A stretch of 64,000 bases of DNA from Amoebophrya sp. A120 (lineage: Eukaryota > Protista > Dinoflagellata): the NCBI GenBank assembly GCA_905178155.1, contig CAJINV010000011.1, positions 1,949,939 to 2,013,938 of the forward strand. The letters run 5' to 3'. The notes below the pieces were generated by a model that was not told the origin of the DNA, ran no database searches, and saw only the letters and a program-made list of their open reading frames with translations. The translations under genes and the position numbers were made by a program. Positions 47,213-60,151 of the stretch are shown in pieces. Position 1 is the stretch's first letter, and each line of letters begins with the position of its first letter.

Positions 47213-50200
47213 TCAGTCCGTCGTCACTGCCGGTGGCTTTCCGGCCACGCAAATCAAGTTGATGCAATATCGGTCTTTCCCCTCCTGGTCCTGAAATTTG
47301 TGCCCCAGCTTATGGTCTCCTAAACGGCCGTTACATTCTCAAGAACTGTTTTTCTGAACAAGTATCTGTGAGTGGGAGCCGAGAAAGTTTTTTCATGGAA
47401 AGCGAAAGGCACGATCAAGAGAGTTCTTCGCATTACAAATTCTCAAACCTGCAAATCTCCTTAGCTTAGTCAACTGTAATATGTTGAGGACGGGCAAGGT
47501 GACGCAAAAGTTGATTACAGCATAACAGTTTATAGAATGCAACACCTGCGGAAGCTATCGTAAGAAAAAAGTGTTTCACTGTATCAATCTGTAAGGATCT
47601 TTTAAGTGTTGCATATACAAGGTCGCTACACATGACAAAAAAAAAATTTGCCATGCGTACTTCCTAAGAGAAAACACGTTGAAAAACCCACGATTGTCTT
47701 GCATGTGTAGCGAGACAAATCAATCATGCGTCTGTGTATGTGTTGCATTCTATGTCGATGACAAGTTTACGTACAGCAAAACAGTTTTTTCTTGCGATAG
47801 ACTGAAGATAAAAATGCGTTCCAGCCTTGGACAACACCTCGTGGTGGTAGTTCGAAGCCGGGTATCAAATGCAAATATGTGTGGGTCTGGAAACTTGTGT
47901 TGCTGAGACTTGCATTGCAGACTTGGTCCTTGTACGGCATACTAGCATAACAAGTTAAACTCGGCTTATTGCCGCGGATTCGTTCCTCGTGTTTAGCATT
48001 ACAAGCTGGCTTCCAGCACGAGGACAAAAGAAACGGCCACTCGTATTCATGCATCACAGATCTTGTTGTCCTTGAAGTCTTGCATTGCAAATCCAGACCC
48101 AGACAGATTAATTTGCAGTTAGTACCGGGAGCTCGGTAATATTTTCCGTGATCACTTCCCCCGCCCGGAAGGACGGCCAGCCGTGCTGTATTCTGAGAAA
48201 AAACGTCCACCCCGGAGTTGTCCTTGTCACGTATGCAAATCTGCATGCCAAAAGCGTTTATCATGCGGAGCCCCATGAGACGCATTTTCTAGTCGTGATT
48301 TGGAGTTTTTTATGCCAGCATCAGCATGGTGCGCTAGAACTGCGATGCTACTAAACTAGGTATAAACAGGATAACACTATGAGGGCAAAAAACTTGTCAT
48401 GCGAAACAACCAAAGCTGGTTGATTTGTCTTGCAGATTTCCCATGTTGACTCTGGTGTGATGTGGGCCCCGTTTGTGGTCAGGATATGCTGCGAGCTTTC
48501 CTCCTTCCACTCCTCGAAGCTGCGCGGCGCGGCCGCAGCATTGCTCGCCGCGGTGCCGTATGCACTGCAAAAGTACCGCACTCGTACCAGTAATTGCAGT
48601 TATGCATTACAAATCTAGGTTGTTAAGATCAATCCGCATTACAGAGTCAATTTATTTGTAATGCTGAGCTAATTTGTATTGCAATTCATACTGATACTAG
48701 TAGGATACTTCTGCAGTTCATATGCTGGTCTCTTCCTCGGCCGCGTCTTGTTCTACCTCCGCAGTAGTTCCATCATGCGTGGTCGTTCCCTCGGCGTCCA
48801 CGGTCAAATTCTTGGCCGGGAAGCGAAACACTATGGATTTGTCAGGCTAGAAATCGGCAAAGGTGAAATGTTGACTTGTCATGCATAAAATGCGACACAG
48901 AGACTGATTCTGTTGCACAGGACGCAATGGAGGCAGATTGTAAGTAATGCTGGCAACGGTCAAGAGTTGGGCTGCGGACTAGCATGACACAAGGGAGCTC
49001 CTTTGCTCTGAACAGCATGACAGAGTCGCTTCCGGCGCGGAAAAAATTTGTCTTCATGCGCCGATTATAGTCTTTGGGATTGGGTCCAACTCCAACTGTT
49101 ATCAATTTTGTGCATTACAAATTATTTCAACTTTGTCGATTTCGACCCCCGAACCCCCATAAACACCGGGGTCCCCGTATCCGCCGCGTCGTAAAACAGC
49201 ACCGGTAATCAACCGCAAATATGTCTGGGTCTGGAAGTAGAGTCCGAGTTTGTCATGCTAGGTCCGATCGACAGAGAAATCTGTATTGCATGATCCGCAA
49301 CACCAGTGCCAACTCTTCCGTGCCCAAAGGCAACACTTCTCATGCGGAATTGACATCGAAGAGCCTTCCAAAATAAACTTGTGATGCTGGAGCCCGCATT
49401 GCAAACCTTCTCGGTCATGCGAACCCTGCATGACAAGCCTTAAAGTGCTCCTGACCCAGACATATTTGCAGTGGATCATACCGGTTTCTCCGGCGTGGCG
49501 TGCTTCATTTCCTCGAACAGCTTCTCCCGGCCCGGGAGCGCGTGGTCGAAGTAGCCCGCGTTCTCCGCTCCGTCGTGGTTGTTGCACTATCGTAGGAAAA
49601 AATCCCCCCTCCCCATACTGAAAAGGCATCCTGCTAAAAATTTGTGATGCAGATTTGTTACGACAGATTCTCTCTCTCTTGCAAGGGGACAAATGCAAAG
49701 AGTCCGCCGCTTTATGCCAGCGATTTGTAATGCTGTTGCGCCTACATCGAAGGCCTCTGCTATTCTGAGCACCTACACAGAAACCGCCCTACGCAGCCTG
49801 AGGCTTTGCCTGCAGTGCCTCGTTGCAAGACAGAGCTGATTTGTGTACACAAATCCAGCAACAGAAATTTACGCTTCAATATGGGGAGGGGGGATTTTTC
49901 CTCTCAATATGCAGCAGATAAAGTTCGCGTTCGCCGTGTCGTATCAAAAGGGAAAAATCCCCCTCCCCATATCGAAATGGAAATCTGTGATGCAGGATTT
50001 GGGTACACAAATCGGATTTGTCTTGCAGTAAGGCATCGCAGCCAGATCCTCGGCCTAGGTAGGGGCCTATAGGTCTAGTTGCTTAGCATTGCAAACGGGC
50101 GTACCCTAGGCGCAACAGCATGCCAAATTGCTTCCATAATGGTGCAGAAGCCTCTGCGCTTGTCTCCTTGCAAGACAGACGTGATTTGCGACCTCATATC

Positions 50201-50658
50201 AGCAACACAAATTCTCGGAAACAAACCATTTCGATATGGGGAGGGGGGATTTTTCCTCAGAATATGTCGCTGCCCCACTTTAGGCTGCCCGAAGTGACGT
50301 TGCAGAAGGGCTGGCGGGCGGTTGCCGCGGTTTTCCCCGTCGCCGCTGCTGCAGAGACGACCTTTCCAGCGGCAGTTGGGCCCGTGCCGGTGGCCGGTGG
50401 GTCGGCGGTCGGCTTGTCGTCGGCGGAAGCAAGGAAAGAAGTAAAGTACGGGTCCTGTTTGGGTTCGTATCTCGTATGGTGTGCAGAAGTTGTACCAGCG
50501 ACCCGCTGCTCGATGCGAACTGCAGGAAGTGACTCCTCGGCTGCAAAGGACGTTTCTACACGAAGCGCACTCGCAGTCGCAGCTTTCGTGGCGGAACAGG
50601 GCACAAGGAGCGGTTGGCCGACGAAGAGAGAATGCAATGCTGCCTGCTGGGAGAACAT
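47213..50658 (-). CDS. msrB: Divergent MsrB/SelR-like methionine sulfoxide reductase with N-terminal extension
   Basis: Spliced: LKWGSDTANANFICCNNHDGAENAGYF...VLFYDAADTGTPVF...ESSQHGWPSFRAGEV...KLGHKFQDQEGKDRYCINLICVAG. Seven in-frame introners plus a probable GA-AG intron. Start codon uncertain. Confidence 0.72.
47556..47799. mobile_element. Family E element lying inside a larger intron; TSD decayed
   Basis: TIR TATCG.AAGAAAAAA.TGTTT; flanks GAAGC/GACTG. Confidence 0.75.
47863..48124. mobile_element. Introner family B
   Basis: Family B TIR; TSD CCGGG. Confidence 0.88.
48189..48486. mobile_element. Introner family C
   Basis: Family C TIR; TSD TGCTG. Confidence 0.88.
48559..48722. mobile_element. 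Introner family F
   Basis: Family F TIR; TSD TGCCG/TGCTG. Confidence 0.86.
48832..49161. mobile_element. Introner family A (diverged)
   Basis: Family A-like TIR; TSD AACAC. Confidence 0.86.
49207..49480. mobile_element. Introner family B (left end AAT)
   Basis: Family B TIR; TSD CCGGT. Confidence 0.85.
49588..49909. mobile_element. Introner family G
   Basis: Family G TIR; TSD TGCAC/TGCAG. Confidence 0.88.
49942..50264. mobile_element. Introner family G
   Basis: Family G TIR; TSD TGTCG. Confidence 0.9.
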
Positions 50659-50991
50659 GTTTATTGCATCGAATGGAGTTGTTTCATACGGTTACGGATA
50701 CGCGGATATAAATCATCTACAGGAATTTTCAGAACGCAATAAATGTTGAATCGTGATCGTCTTAGTTCGTTGTTTAGAAGCCGAAGCATAACGCTGGAAG
50801 ATGACTACAGGTCGTCCAATTTCGGACTCACCTCAATCGGAAAGAGTTGGAAGCAAGAAACAAGTTCAGGCACAAATACCGCAAGAAGCCTCGCTGTAGT
50901 TAAGACCTCCCTTTCACTTAGTAAGCTCATCACTCCTGATGATCGCTCCATGTACTCGCACACGTCCGACCGTCTGTTATTTCATCTACCA

Positions 50992-51246
50992 CATGATCCA
51001 ATATGTCTGGGTCTGGAAGAGTCCAAGTCTGTCATGCGCGGCTAGCATCACTCTCAACTCTGTGACGAGTGAGCAGGAAACGAGCCTCTTGCCTGTCATG
51101 CAAAAACGCAGTTTGTGATGCGCAAAACGAAACACATAGCAGCTCCAAAACTTGTCTTGCGTCGTGGCTGCGTACTGGAATGCGCCTACCATAATTCACA
51201 GACTTGCATCACAACCTTCCAGACCCAGACGTCTTTGCATTTAATA
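50992..51246. mobile_element. Family B element, host context unresolved
   Basis: TGTCTGGGTCTGGA / TCCAGACCCAGAC TIR core; TSD TACCA; left end degenerate. Confidence 0.78.
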
Positions 51247-52730
51247 TACCAACTGCTCAATCGATTAAATGCAACTCTCACGCGAGACTGACGAAGTCCG
51301 GTACAACGTCGACGTGTTACAAAGAGTACTTGCACTTCTCATCGACGCTCCAAGTAATAGAACAATGAAGACCACGTATTTAATTGTTTCATGACTTCAT
51401 CTGATCTCCTCGAATAAGAAGTTGGAAACGGTATTAACGGATCTTCCCAAACACACAAGACAGCTCTACTACTTGTTCCTTGACGCGATTTGCGCACCAT
51501 GATACCGCCGTTCCTTATCGCGACGCTGCAAACTTGTTTAGTTCCCCTGCAATTCCAATTCGGCAAGCGAGTCGTGAAAAAAATTGCAATAATTCAGTAG
51601 ACCATGACTAAGATAAATACAGGCAATTTGGCGCTTTGCTGCATTGCGCATCCACTTCAACCTAAGAACCCTCCGCCCTACTGGCTATCGTTGACATTCC
51701 ACATATTCTTTCCTGCTATGGTTGGAATACTTACAGGAGCCTCTGTCACTTACTTAATTCCTCCGGCGTAAAAATATGCAGTCCCAGTGTAAGTAAAGTA
51801 TCTTTATCGCGCATTTCTATTTCTAACCGGTGGCGCATCCCCTGGGACGTTTGCGGACCCACTGTGAATGCTTAAGAAAGTTAACATCAACATTCATCCC
51901 ACGTCCATTCGTAGATGTGGAGAGGGAGGAAAGACGGGAAATAAATGTCACCAGCAAATAATTGAAGACAGAATTCGTAGAACTATGTCGTATATGATAA
52001 TCAAGCGCGTTTTTGAAAAAAGTGCCGACGCGAAATGCAGAGCGTTCTTCTATCTTCTTTCGGCTGGCGCTGGCGGCTTCAACCTACTTCAACTTCTTGT
52101 TCTTCAATTATTACGATTACAGATACAAAAAAAAAAAAACAACTATGGCTTTTGCTCGGAAACAGTTTCTTTGCGTTGTGTGCACTTAATCTAAGTCCGG
52201 ATGCAGTTCGTGAGTACTTCATGCTGCTTGCTGCTGCACACAGAGAAAAAAATTGAAATTCGTTTGAGTTGCGTGTGATTCAGAAGAAGTAAAATAATGA
52301 ATACGGCATCGTGAAAAGAACGCGACGCTATTCAAACAAAGTCTTTTTGCTTCTTCACCATCGCAGAGCGAGATGGAAGAATGCGCCGACTTTTTTGATA
52401 CTGTGGTGGTGAAAAGACGCCAGTACTCATAATGATAAGAGAAAGACAGCAATAGCATAGCAATCCGTGAACAGGCCTACAGCATGTGAAAAATTTTAAG
52501 TAAAAAAAAAACAAACTTCAGGATCCTCGAGTCGTCTCTGCGAAAGTAACTGATTGGACGGACCCATGAAAAAAATATACGAAACTAGGCGGACACCTCT
52601 GTATTATTGCGGTGGCCGTGGTACAATGCAGAGGGTTAAAGAACGAGTGGGTCCTGTCGGAAATCTCGAGTCTTGATCAAGAAGTGCCGCTAGGCGTACA
52701 AGTGTAAATAGAGATACAGCAATTTTGGCC

Positions 52731-55700
52731 TTAACTACTTAGAGAAGCCTTACCCTTTTCAGGGCCCGCAGAAGGGGGCCCGTCTAGGGAAAGCACACGC
52801 CCCAAACCGAACGAGGGACTGCCGGCGGAGCTACTACGAGGAGAAGCGGTACTTGTACTACTAGCATTGCTATCGTCATCGTCCAGTGTTTCAGCCGGTT
52901 GCTTCTGCGTCGCTGTCATTTTCATTTCTACGTCGCGGACTGTCCAAGACGAACCGCTCGCGCGCTTTGCGATGATTTTAAGTTTGTCGCCCAGCGGCTT
53001 TTGAGAAAATTCGAGCAATTCCTGTTTTTTCCGTAAAACCACCTCCGTGGTTTGTCCCATTCCGGCAATTACGGAGAATACATTCTCCGCGAAATTCGCG
53101 AAGCGCTCAATCGGAATTTTTCTTTTTACTTGTGACAAAACCTTTCTGAAAACATCGGCCACTTGTTTACCCAACGCCTTGCCAAGCACCTCGATAAGCT
53201 TCGACCTCTTTTTGCTACTCCAGTTGATAACAAAGCACTTGCCGTTAGGTCCTCCAAACGCGAGCGCCCACAGAAGCTTATTCGGAGATGATCCTGCAGT
53301 TGAAACCTTGGGGCCACTGTCCGTCTTCGGCAAATAACGAGTTCGGGTTTCCTTTTCCAGGTCTATAATTAATTCAAGTTCCCTCCGAACTCGATCATCA
53401 GCAGAAGCTTGCAGCGTTTCAAGTTCAAGCTCTAGCTGCCGCTGCTTCTCCTGCAAAGAGCGTATTTCTGGGCTTTTTTGAAAAAGTATTCTTTCTGCCT
53501 GATATTTTCTGACGTCCACGCCCTCCTCAGTCGACAAAGGTCTGTATTCATGATGACCTGAATCTCCTGAATCCACATCGACATCGCCCTGATCTCCCTG
53601 AGGCGGAGAAGGTAAAGTAGGAGTCTTTCGCTCCTCGGCACGTTTGTGTATCCGGCGCACAAGAGTCTTCCGAAGAGCTTCATATGTTAAGAAACCTTCT
53701 GGAGAAAATTCTTCTTCTTCATCGGCCGCGTGGATTTCCTTAAGCAGCTCCTGCCCGTCTTCATCGAAAAACCGAAAGTTCTCTTCCATTACCAGCGTTT
53801 TCTGGTAAGCGATAAAATCCAGAATCTGTCGGTCGAGTTCTACTAGTAGTTCTCCGGACATTGAAGAGTAGAAAGTCGCGAAGAGGCTGGAAAGAGACGG
53901 ACCGAAGAGTGGCACAGCTGCAAGTGCCGACCGCACAGGTGAAAGGATACGATCTATAACGAGTTCTTTCAGGGCCTTCGTGAACTCGTCGACGCATATG
54001 TCGCCGCTGTTGTCCGCGTCCATGTTGGGCATCTCCGAAACGGCGATAGACTTGGCCATGTCGGCCATCGACTCGGGCATTGCATCGAGTATCTTTTGGA
54101 GGCTATCGGCCAGGGTAGCCATGAGACCCTCGGCGTTCTGGTTCATCAGTTCATCGTACTGGGCATGTAGGATATCGAAAAAACTCGGAATCGGTAATAC
54201 CAGGTAGCCGTTTTCGTAATGTTTGTTCATGATCGCTTGTATTTTTGTTCTTTTATCTTTTTCAGACCCATCGGCTTGCGGATACTGAGCGCCGCTTTCA
54301 AGAAGTTCCATGGTTGCGCTCCATTTAGCACAACCATGCAATGCGGAGATTTTCCGCGCTATTCCAGTGACGTACTCCGCTTCGGCCATGTCGTTCTTGA
54401 CTCCGTAGGAGTTAGCGAAAAACATGTACATGCACCGTTTTCCCTTCCCCTCTGGCGGCGCGGCCTGCACGTCCCTCGCCTGACGGGGATGCAGTACTTC
54501 TGCGATTGCTTCGTCGAGAGCGTGTGTCGACGCGAGGATTTCCCCCATGTCCTGCGCACGGGACCGGCGATCCGGGTTGTCTCTCTGTGATGCTAGATAC
54601 GTCAGAAGCAAGTACGGGTCGTTGCACTTCGGCATCCAAAATTTTTTTAGATTTGCTTTGTTGCTGTAATCTCCATGGATCCCCGCCGGCGAACAGGCCT
54701 GTGCGCCGATCATTTCAACTGCGCTGGCTTCTTTCCCGACCCTGTGATAACGTAGATAAGGGCCAAATATTCATCTCGCTCGATTAAAACAAGAGAGGAC
54801 GCATCGTGTGTGCACGCAATATTGTTTGCAAAGACAATCTCCAGGATGGTGTCCTCCGGGGGAGGGCAGACCGCAATGTAAATGGGCATCTCATACCTGC
54901 CGTTCCCGTTTCTAGTAAGTACTACAAACTTCCCTATATCAAGCTCAAGCGTTCGCTCACGTCTGCGAAAAACAAACTACTTACATACTTTTTGTAGTCT
55001 GCAAATTCTTGTTGCTATTCAGAAATAATTCGGCACAAGAGACTCATGAGCCTTCATATATCAAAGTCCAACAAGTGTAGACGTCTTGTTCTCGAAACCA
55101 AATTAGTAAAAAAGTGAGCAAGTAGCAACACCCTTTCTCCTCGCTTGATGTGGCCGGCGCGAGAGGCTTCCCCGTCGGATGCGCACTAACGTCGCTGTGC
55201 CTGTTTGGGTTTACCTGGAGGTATAGGGAATTATATATTTTGCAGGTTCTTCAATTCAACACTGGGAAGGGGAGCCCGGACCTCTAGTTTCTGCAGCCTC
55301 CTAATCTATATCTATTCGCCGCGGTTCTACATCTACTCCAGCTCCAGCAGTAAAATACAGAAAGCCAAACGAAAAAAACAGCCATGCCATAACGGAGAGA
55401 TGAAGCTGGGAGACTCAACAGTACTTAAGGCGCCAAGCAAGGGCCCTGGTTTTCTTAGATAAGCTCGTTTTCCCGAGCGTCTGACAGAAAGCCAAGTGGT
55501 TGGGGTGTTCTCGAAGTGTTTGTGCTTGTACATATTAAAGCTTTGTTTACAGTGAAGCCCACGTGTAGTGCCTGACTACTTATACCTCCCGAAAGCTTTC
55601 TCGTTCCGCAGGCAGGTCGCCTCCGCCATTCGCCTCGCTCGGGGCCGAGTCTTTGTGTTCCGGTTGGGCGACCGCGGTACTGCCACTGGTCTCGTGTTTG

Positions 55701-58700
55701 GACCTGGAAACAAAGGAAATTGGAACTAATCTCACTGCTCCTTTTCAACCCAAGAAAGCGCCTCTGTGCTATTGCTCAAAACAGACAGGATGATGCCAGT
55801 GGCACTAGCCCTGGTGACAAAATAGTTGCGAGCAGTCGGTCTGCGTCAAGGATCTGGGCCTTTGCGGTGAAAAAAGGACCCAGCATTGAGCTGCACCTGC
55901 AAACCGAACGCCCTTGTTCGTGGTAAAAAATTTTCGACTTCGAGGATAAACATGCAACTCATACAACATCCACTCACGCTTAATACCCTCCGGCTTCGCT
56001 TGGTGCGGCGGGTGCGAGGGGCTTCTCCGCCGGCGAGTCTTTTGGGCCCGGGACTTTCTCTGTCTGTTTTTTGAATTCGCCGGACCTGTCGCTGTGTGGG
56101 TTTACCTGGTGTGGGATTTCCAACATCAACTCAAAGCAATCAAGCCCGAACTACTTCGCACTTTCTGCAGCTTTGTAGCTGTAGTCCGTTATCGGAAAAT
56201 TTACAAAAGACAGCAACGAATCAAACGAAAACAACAGCGATGAAGAAGTGGTTGGGTGCCGCGCGCTGACAATCATGGTCTTTCTATATATTATATGCAC
56301 AAAGAAGTCGTGAAACGTACAAACCGCAAATGCTGCTGCTGCTTTAACATTACTATTATCTTCGATCTATTCCTGGGCACGCAAAACAAAGTAGAGAGCG
56401 TTTCGCAAAATTATACATAGAGTTCCCCTTACAACTACTTAGGCCTCCGCCTACTTCCTGACTATACCTCGCGAAAGCTTTCTTGTTCCGCACCTAGATC
56501 GGCCGCGCCCGTCGCCTCGCTGGGCACCACACCCCCTTGTTCCTCTTTAGCGACCGCGGTACTGCCACTGGACTCGTCTTTGTACCTGAAAACAAACGAA
56601 ATTGAAACTAGTCTCACTGCTCTTTTTCACCCCGAAGCGCCTCGGTGTCTAAGTCTATGACGAAAGCACGCTATTTAATAAAACAAACAGGACGACGTCA
56701 CTCGCCGTCGCTCTGTTGATGAAATAGTGATGGACAGTTGGTCTGCGTTCAGTCTTAATTGGTCCTCTACGACGAACAAAGGCCGAGCATTCAGCAGCAC
56801 GTGGAAACCGAGCCCTTTTGTTTCTGTTATATTAAACTTCAACTTTCGGCTTTGAGGATGGACATGCAATTCATATACGAAATTCTACTCTCCGCTAACG
56901 CTTAGTACCCTCGTCCGGCGTCACTTGGTGCAGCGGGTGCGAGGGGCTTCTCCGCTGGCGAGCGCGAGTCTTTTGGGCCCGGGGCTTCCTGTGTCTGCTC
57001 CTTGAATTCGCTCGTCGAGCTGTCGCTGTTGGGGTTTACCTGGTGTGGATCATTTTGTGAGGTTTTTCAACTGAAAATCAACACTGGTGAGAGACCAAGA
57101 GCTCCCACAACTTTCTGTAGCCCTACAAGTACAAGTACTTTCTTCGTGACATCAAAACACTCCTGTACACTTACAGCGAAACTGCAACAGCGCTACTAGT
57201 TCCCACAGGTAAAAAAGTACCTCGAGAAAGTTTTCTCGTTCCGCAGCCAAGTCGTTCTCACCCGTTGCCTCGCTCGGCGGCGAGTCCTTGTGTTCCTGTT
57301 GGCCGACTGAGGTACTGGCACTGGTCCCGTGTTCTTTATACCTGAACAAAGTTCATAAGCGCTTTTTCATCGCGAATTGCCTCGTCATGTGAAGCTAAAA
57401 CAGACTCGATGTTAGTGTTACACGACAAAACAATAACGAGCAGAAGTAGTCAGGCTACTTTCGATTTCAAAAATTTAACCTTTACGAAAAAGTCCAAACA
57501 TTCAAGTGCAACTGCAAGTGCAAGAAAAATTACGACTTTCTCACGGCAGTCGAGCATGCAACGCGTAGAAAATCTACCCTAGTCTAGTGCTTAATAGTAC
57601 CCTGCCACTTCGCCTGGTGTGGTGGGTGCGAGGGGCTTTCCTTCCGCCGATGCCTTCGATCCCGGTACCGGGGCCGCATCGACCTCGGCGTTGCCGCCAT
57701 TCTGGTGTCGTGCTCGTGTGTGCTATTTTGAAAGGTTGACACAAATATAAAACTTCAAGAAGCGCACAGTCATGCGCCAAGATGTCAAAGGAAGTCACTG
57801 AGTGAGACAAGTTTACTGACTACTAACTAAAGTGCGTTGTTAATATATAGGCGTGAAAATTTGGTTTCCCATACAGTAAACGAAGGGTAAGCTATTTCAT
57901 CATGATTTATGCTACGTGTAGTATACATCGCCAGTAGCCAGTATGCATTGCAAATATGTCTGCGTCTGGAAACATGCGAACTTGTGGGGCCCTCTGTCGG
58001 TGCCAGTCCCACAAAAATATATCATGCACAAATAGCACAAGCTTGCCACTTCTAGCCACACTGAGTAAGGAGCATTCCTCATGCATAGTAGGCATCGCAA
58101 GACCCATCGCCATGCAGAAGTACCTCCGTCCTGCATGACAACGCTCAGCGTTTCTATTCCAGACCCTGACATATTTGCAGTTGATAGCCACGTCCGCCTC
58201 GCCTTTCGGCTTGCTGACCTGCGAGTCGGCACCTTGTTGCTGTTTTTGTATCCCATGAAAAAACTGCTTCACTGTGATCTGATGGCATGGCTTTACAAGA
58301 TCATTTGCATCACATTTCAGTTTGCTGTTACAGAAACTTTGCCTCCCAAGGGAAAACATGCTCAAAAGTCCAATGGTCTGCAATTGTAACAAGACAAATA
58401 GTTCTGTGCTCCATTCTATGCGTCACAAGTTCACAGCAAAGCAGAGTTTTGTCTCGATATCTTGGGACAAGGAAGTACTAGACTGCTCCGTTTGCGTGTA
58501 CCTATCGGCGAAAAAAATTGTGTTAGTGTAGGATAATGATATTATTTGTGAAATTAAAATATTGCCACACATCTACACTTGTCATACCAGACAAGCACGA
58601 AGTCCCTGTTCTTCATATGCGACGACGTTTGGACATACTTACACTTTCCGCCCGGCAGGGAAGCAAATTTGTCATGCTTTCACAGCAACAATTCTGCTGC

Positions 58701-60151
58701 ACTAACGCTGTCTGGTTTCCTCATGGATAATATTAGTACCTCGAAGAAAACAGAGGACGAGACGTCGCGACAGAGTTCGCGGGTAAAGACTTGTTCACTT
58801 TATTGCGCAAAGTTCGTCGGGTAATTCCTTATACTTACCTAATATCATGAAGCTTTAATATATTTATATTTGTTGTAAAAAAACCGCGTACAGTCGTATC
58901 CTGAGTAAACACGCACGCACCCCAGCGAGCTCGTCGTACTACAAATTTGGATATTCTAAATTCGAACAAAAAAGTGGATCTGCAGTGGTGCACCTGCAAC
59001 TGCTAGCTTAAAATTATGACTAGATCCAACTGGTGTCTTGTCATGCACGATTCGCAGAGCTGCTTAATTCGTCGTGTGTAATCTTGACTCTCTGCGGCGG
59101 GGTCGTGGGTAAGTTTTCACATAGGATAAGTCGGATTTTTTCTTCCATCTTTGTTTCGCTTCGTGTTCGTCGTTGGGAATCATACGAAAAAAGTGTTTTA
59201 TCACTGTAAAATAAGGATTTTATATCCATTGCAAATTTCGCACGACAAGTTTGTTCTATTTGAATGATACACGTTAGCACCAACATTTCTGCGACATACA
59301 TTCATCTGGATCTGCATTTAAAAAAGTTTACAGTGAATAAACAGTTTTTTCTATACGATAGGGTGCGTAGCGACTGTTGTGTAACGCCGCCAAGTATTCG
59401 ATTGAAGGCCCGGCGTATGAGAGTGCACAACTACGTCCCCTCCCACTCCCCCTCGTTGTGTTGTGCATCACAGTAGTAGTACCAAGCCCACTTCACTGCT
59501 TGGCACTGGTTGGGCATGGCACTGGTTGCGCATGGCAGGTTCTAGGAGTAGCGGGAGGATCCGAAGGACCGCGGCACAAACCTGCGTAAACTTGTCACAC
59601 AAAATGAACTTGCACTTTCGCCAGCCCTTTTGTTGTTACGAAAAAGAAAAATGCCCCTGAAATTATGATTCGGAGAGGAAGAAAGTTGTGCGTTCTCATA
59701 TGCTCCTGCCGCCAAGGCTCGCTTGTCCCCCGCCCGTATCTTGTTCTGCCTGTATGTATGGGCAATTTGGTAAAGATTTGTTTTTACTTTTAGCGAACGC
59801 CAGCTACTTCTATTACACGTTGACTCGATAACTAAAAATGCATACAAGAAATATACGAGTTGTGGGTACTATAGCTTTCTCATGGAGAGAATGGCTCCCT
59901 TCGTGTCATGTGCAGTTGGTCTTGGTGGTCTACTTAGCAGTATAGTAGTTATTAACCACTCTTTTGAATTTTCATCTTGATGGAGAAACGACGCTACCGA
60001 GGAAAGATACCTTTTCGTTCCTCCTGCCCAACGCGGCGACGAGCGTCGGCCCGCCGCCCGTGCCGCCCCAAACGACCAGAGTTGTAAAGGTGAAGAAGAA
60101 CTGGGACGCGCACCAGCACGTCAGGACCGCGAGAAGCTTGAACATTTTCAT
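52731..60151 (-). CDS. Probable secreted protein: signal-peptide-like exon, tandem two-exon repeats, then a 660-aa exon with an EF-hand and coiled coil
   Basis: Exon 52731-54740 is a long ORF containing DADNSGDICVDEF. Upstream GT-AG repeat exons at 55130-57720; first exon MKMFKLLAVLTCWCASQFFF at 60151. Linking all exons into one gene is inferred. Confidence 0.5.
55130..57720 (-). repeat. Tandem duplication of a two-exon module including its introns (~0.7-0.9-kb unit, 3+ copies)
   Basis: GGTGCGAGGGGCTT-type block near 55155, 56010, 56936, 57625; GAAAG..TTCTCGTTCCGCA...GGTACTG block near 55591, 56473, 57226. Confidence 0.8.
57942..58186. mobile_element. Introner family B
   Basis: Family B TIR; TSD GCCAG/GCCAC. 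Confidence 0.86.
58249..58459. mobile_element. Introner family E
   Basis: Family E TIR; TSD TTTTG/TCTTG. Confidence 0.83.
58897..59128. mobile_element. Introner family C (diverged)
   Basis: TATCCT ends; TSD AGTCG. Confidence 0.82.
59178..59360. mobile_element. Family E-like element, degenerate ends
   Basis: GAAAAAA.TGTTT..TCACTGTAAA inverted repeat; TSD unclear. Confidence 0.65.
59416..59700. mobile_element. Family D element without recognisable TSD
   Basis: TIR TATGAGA..GCACAACT; flanks CGGCG/TGCTC. Confidence 0.75.

Noticed and set aside
50700-52700. Possible additional gene around element 50992-51246
   Set aside because: All three minus-strand frames hit stops at or near the junction and no recognisable protein motif was found.
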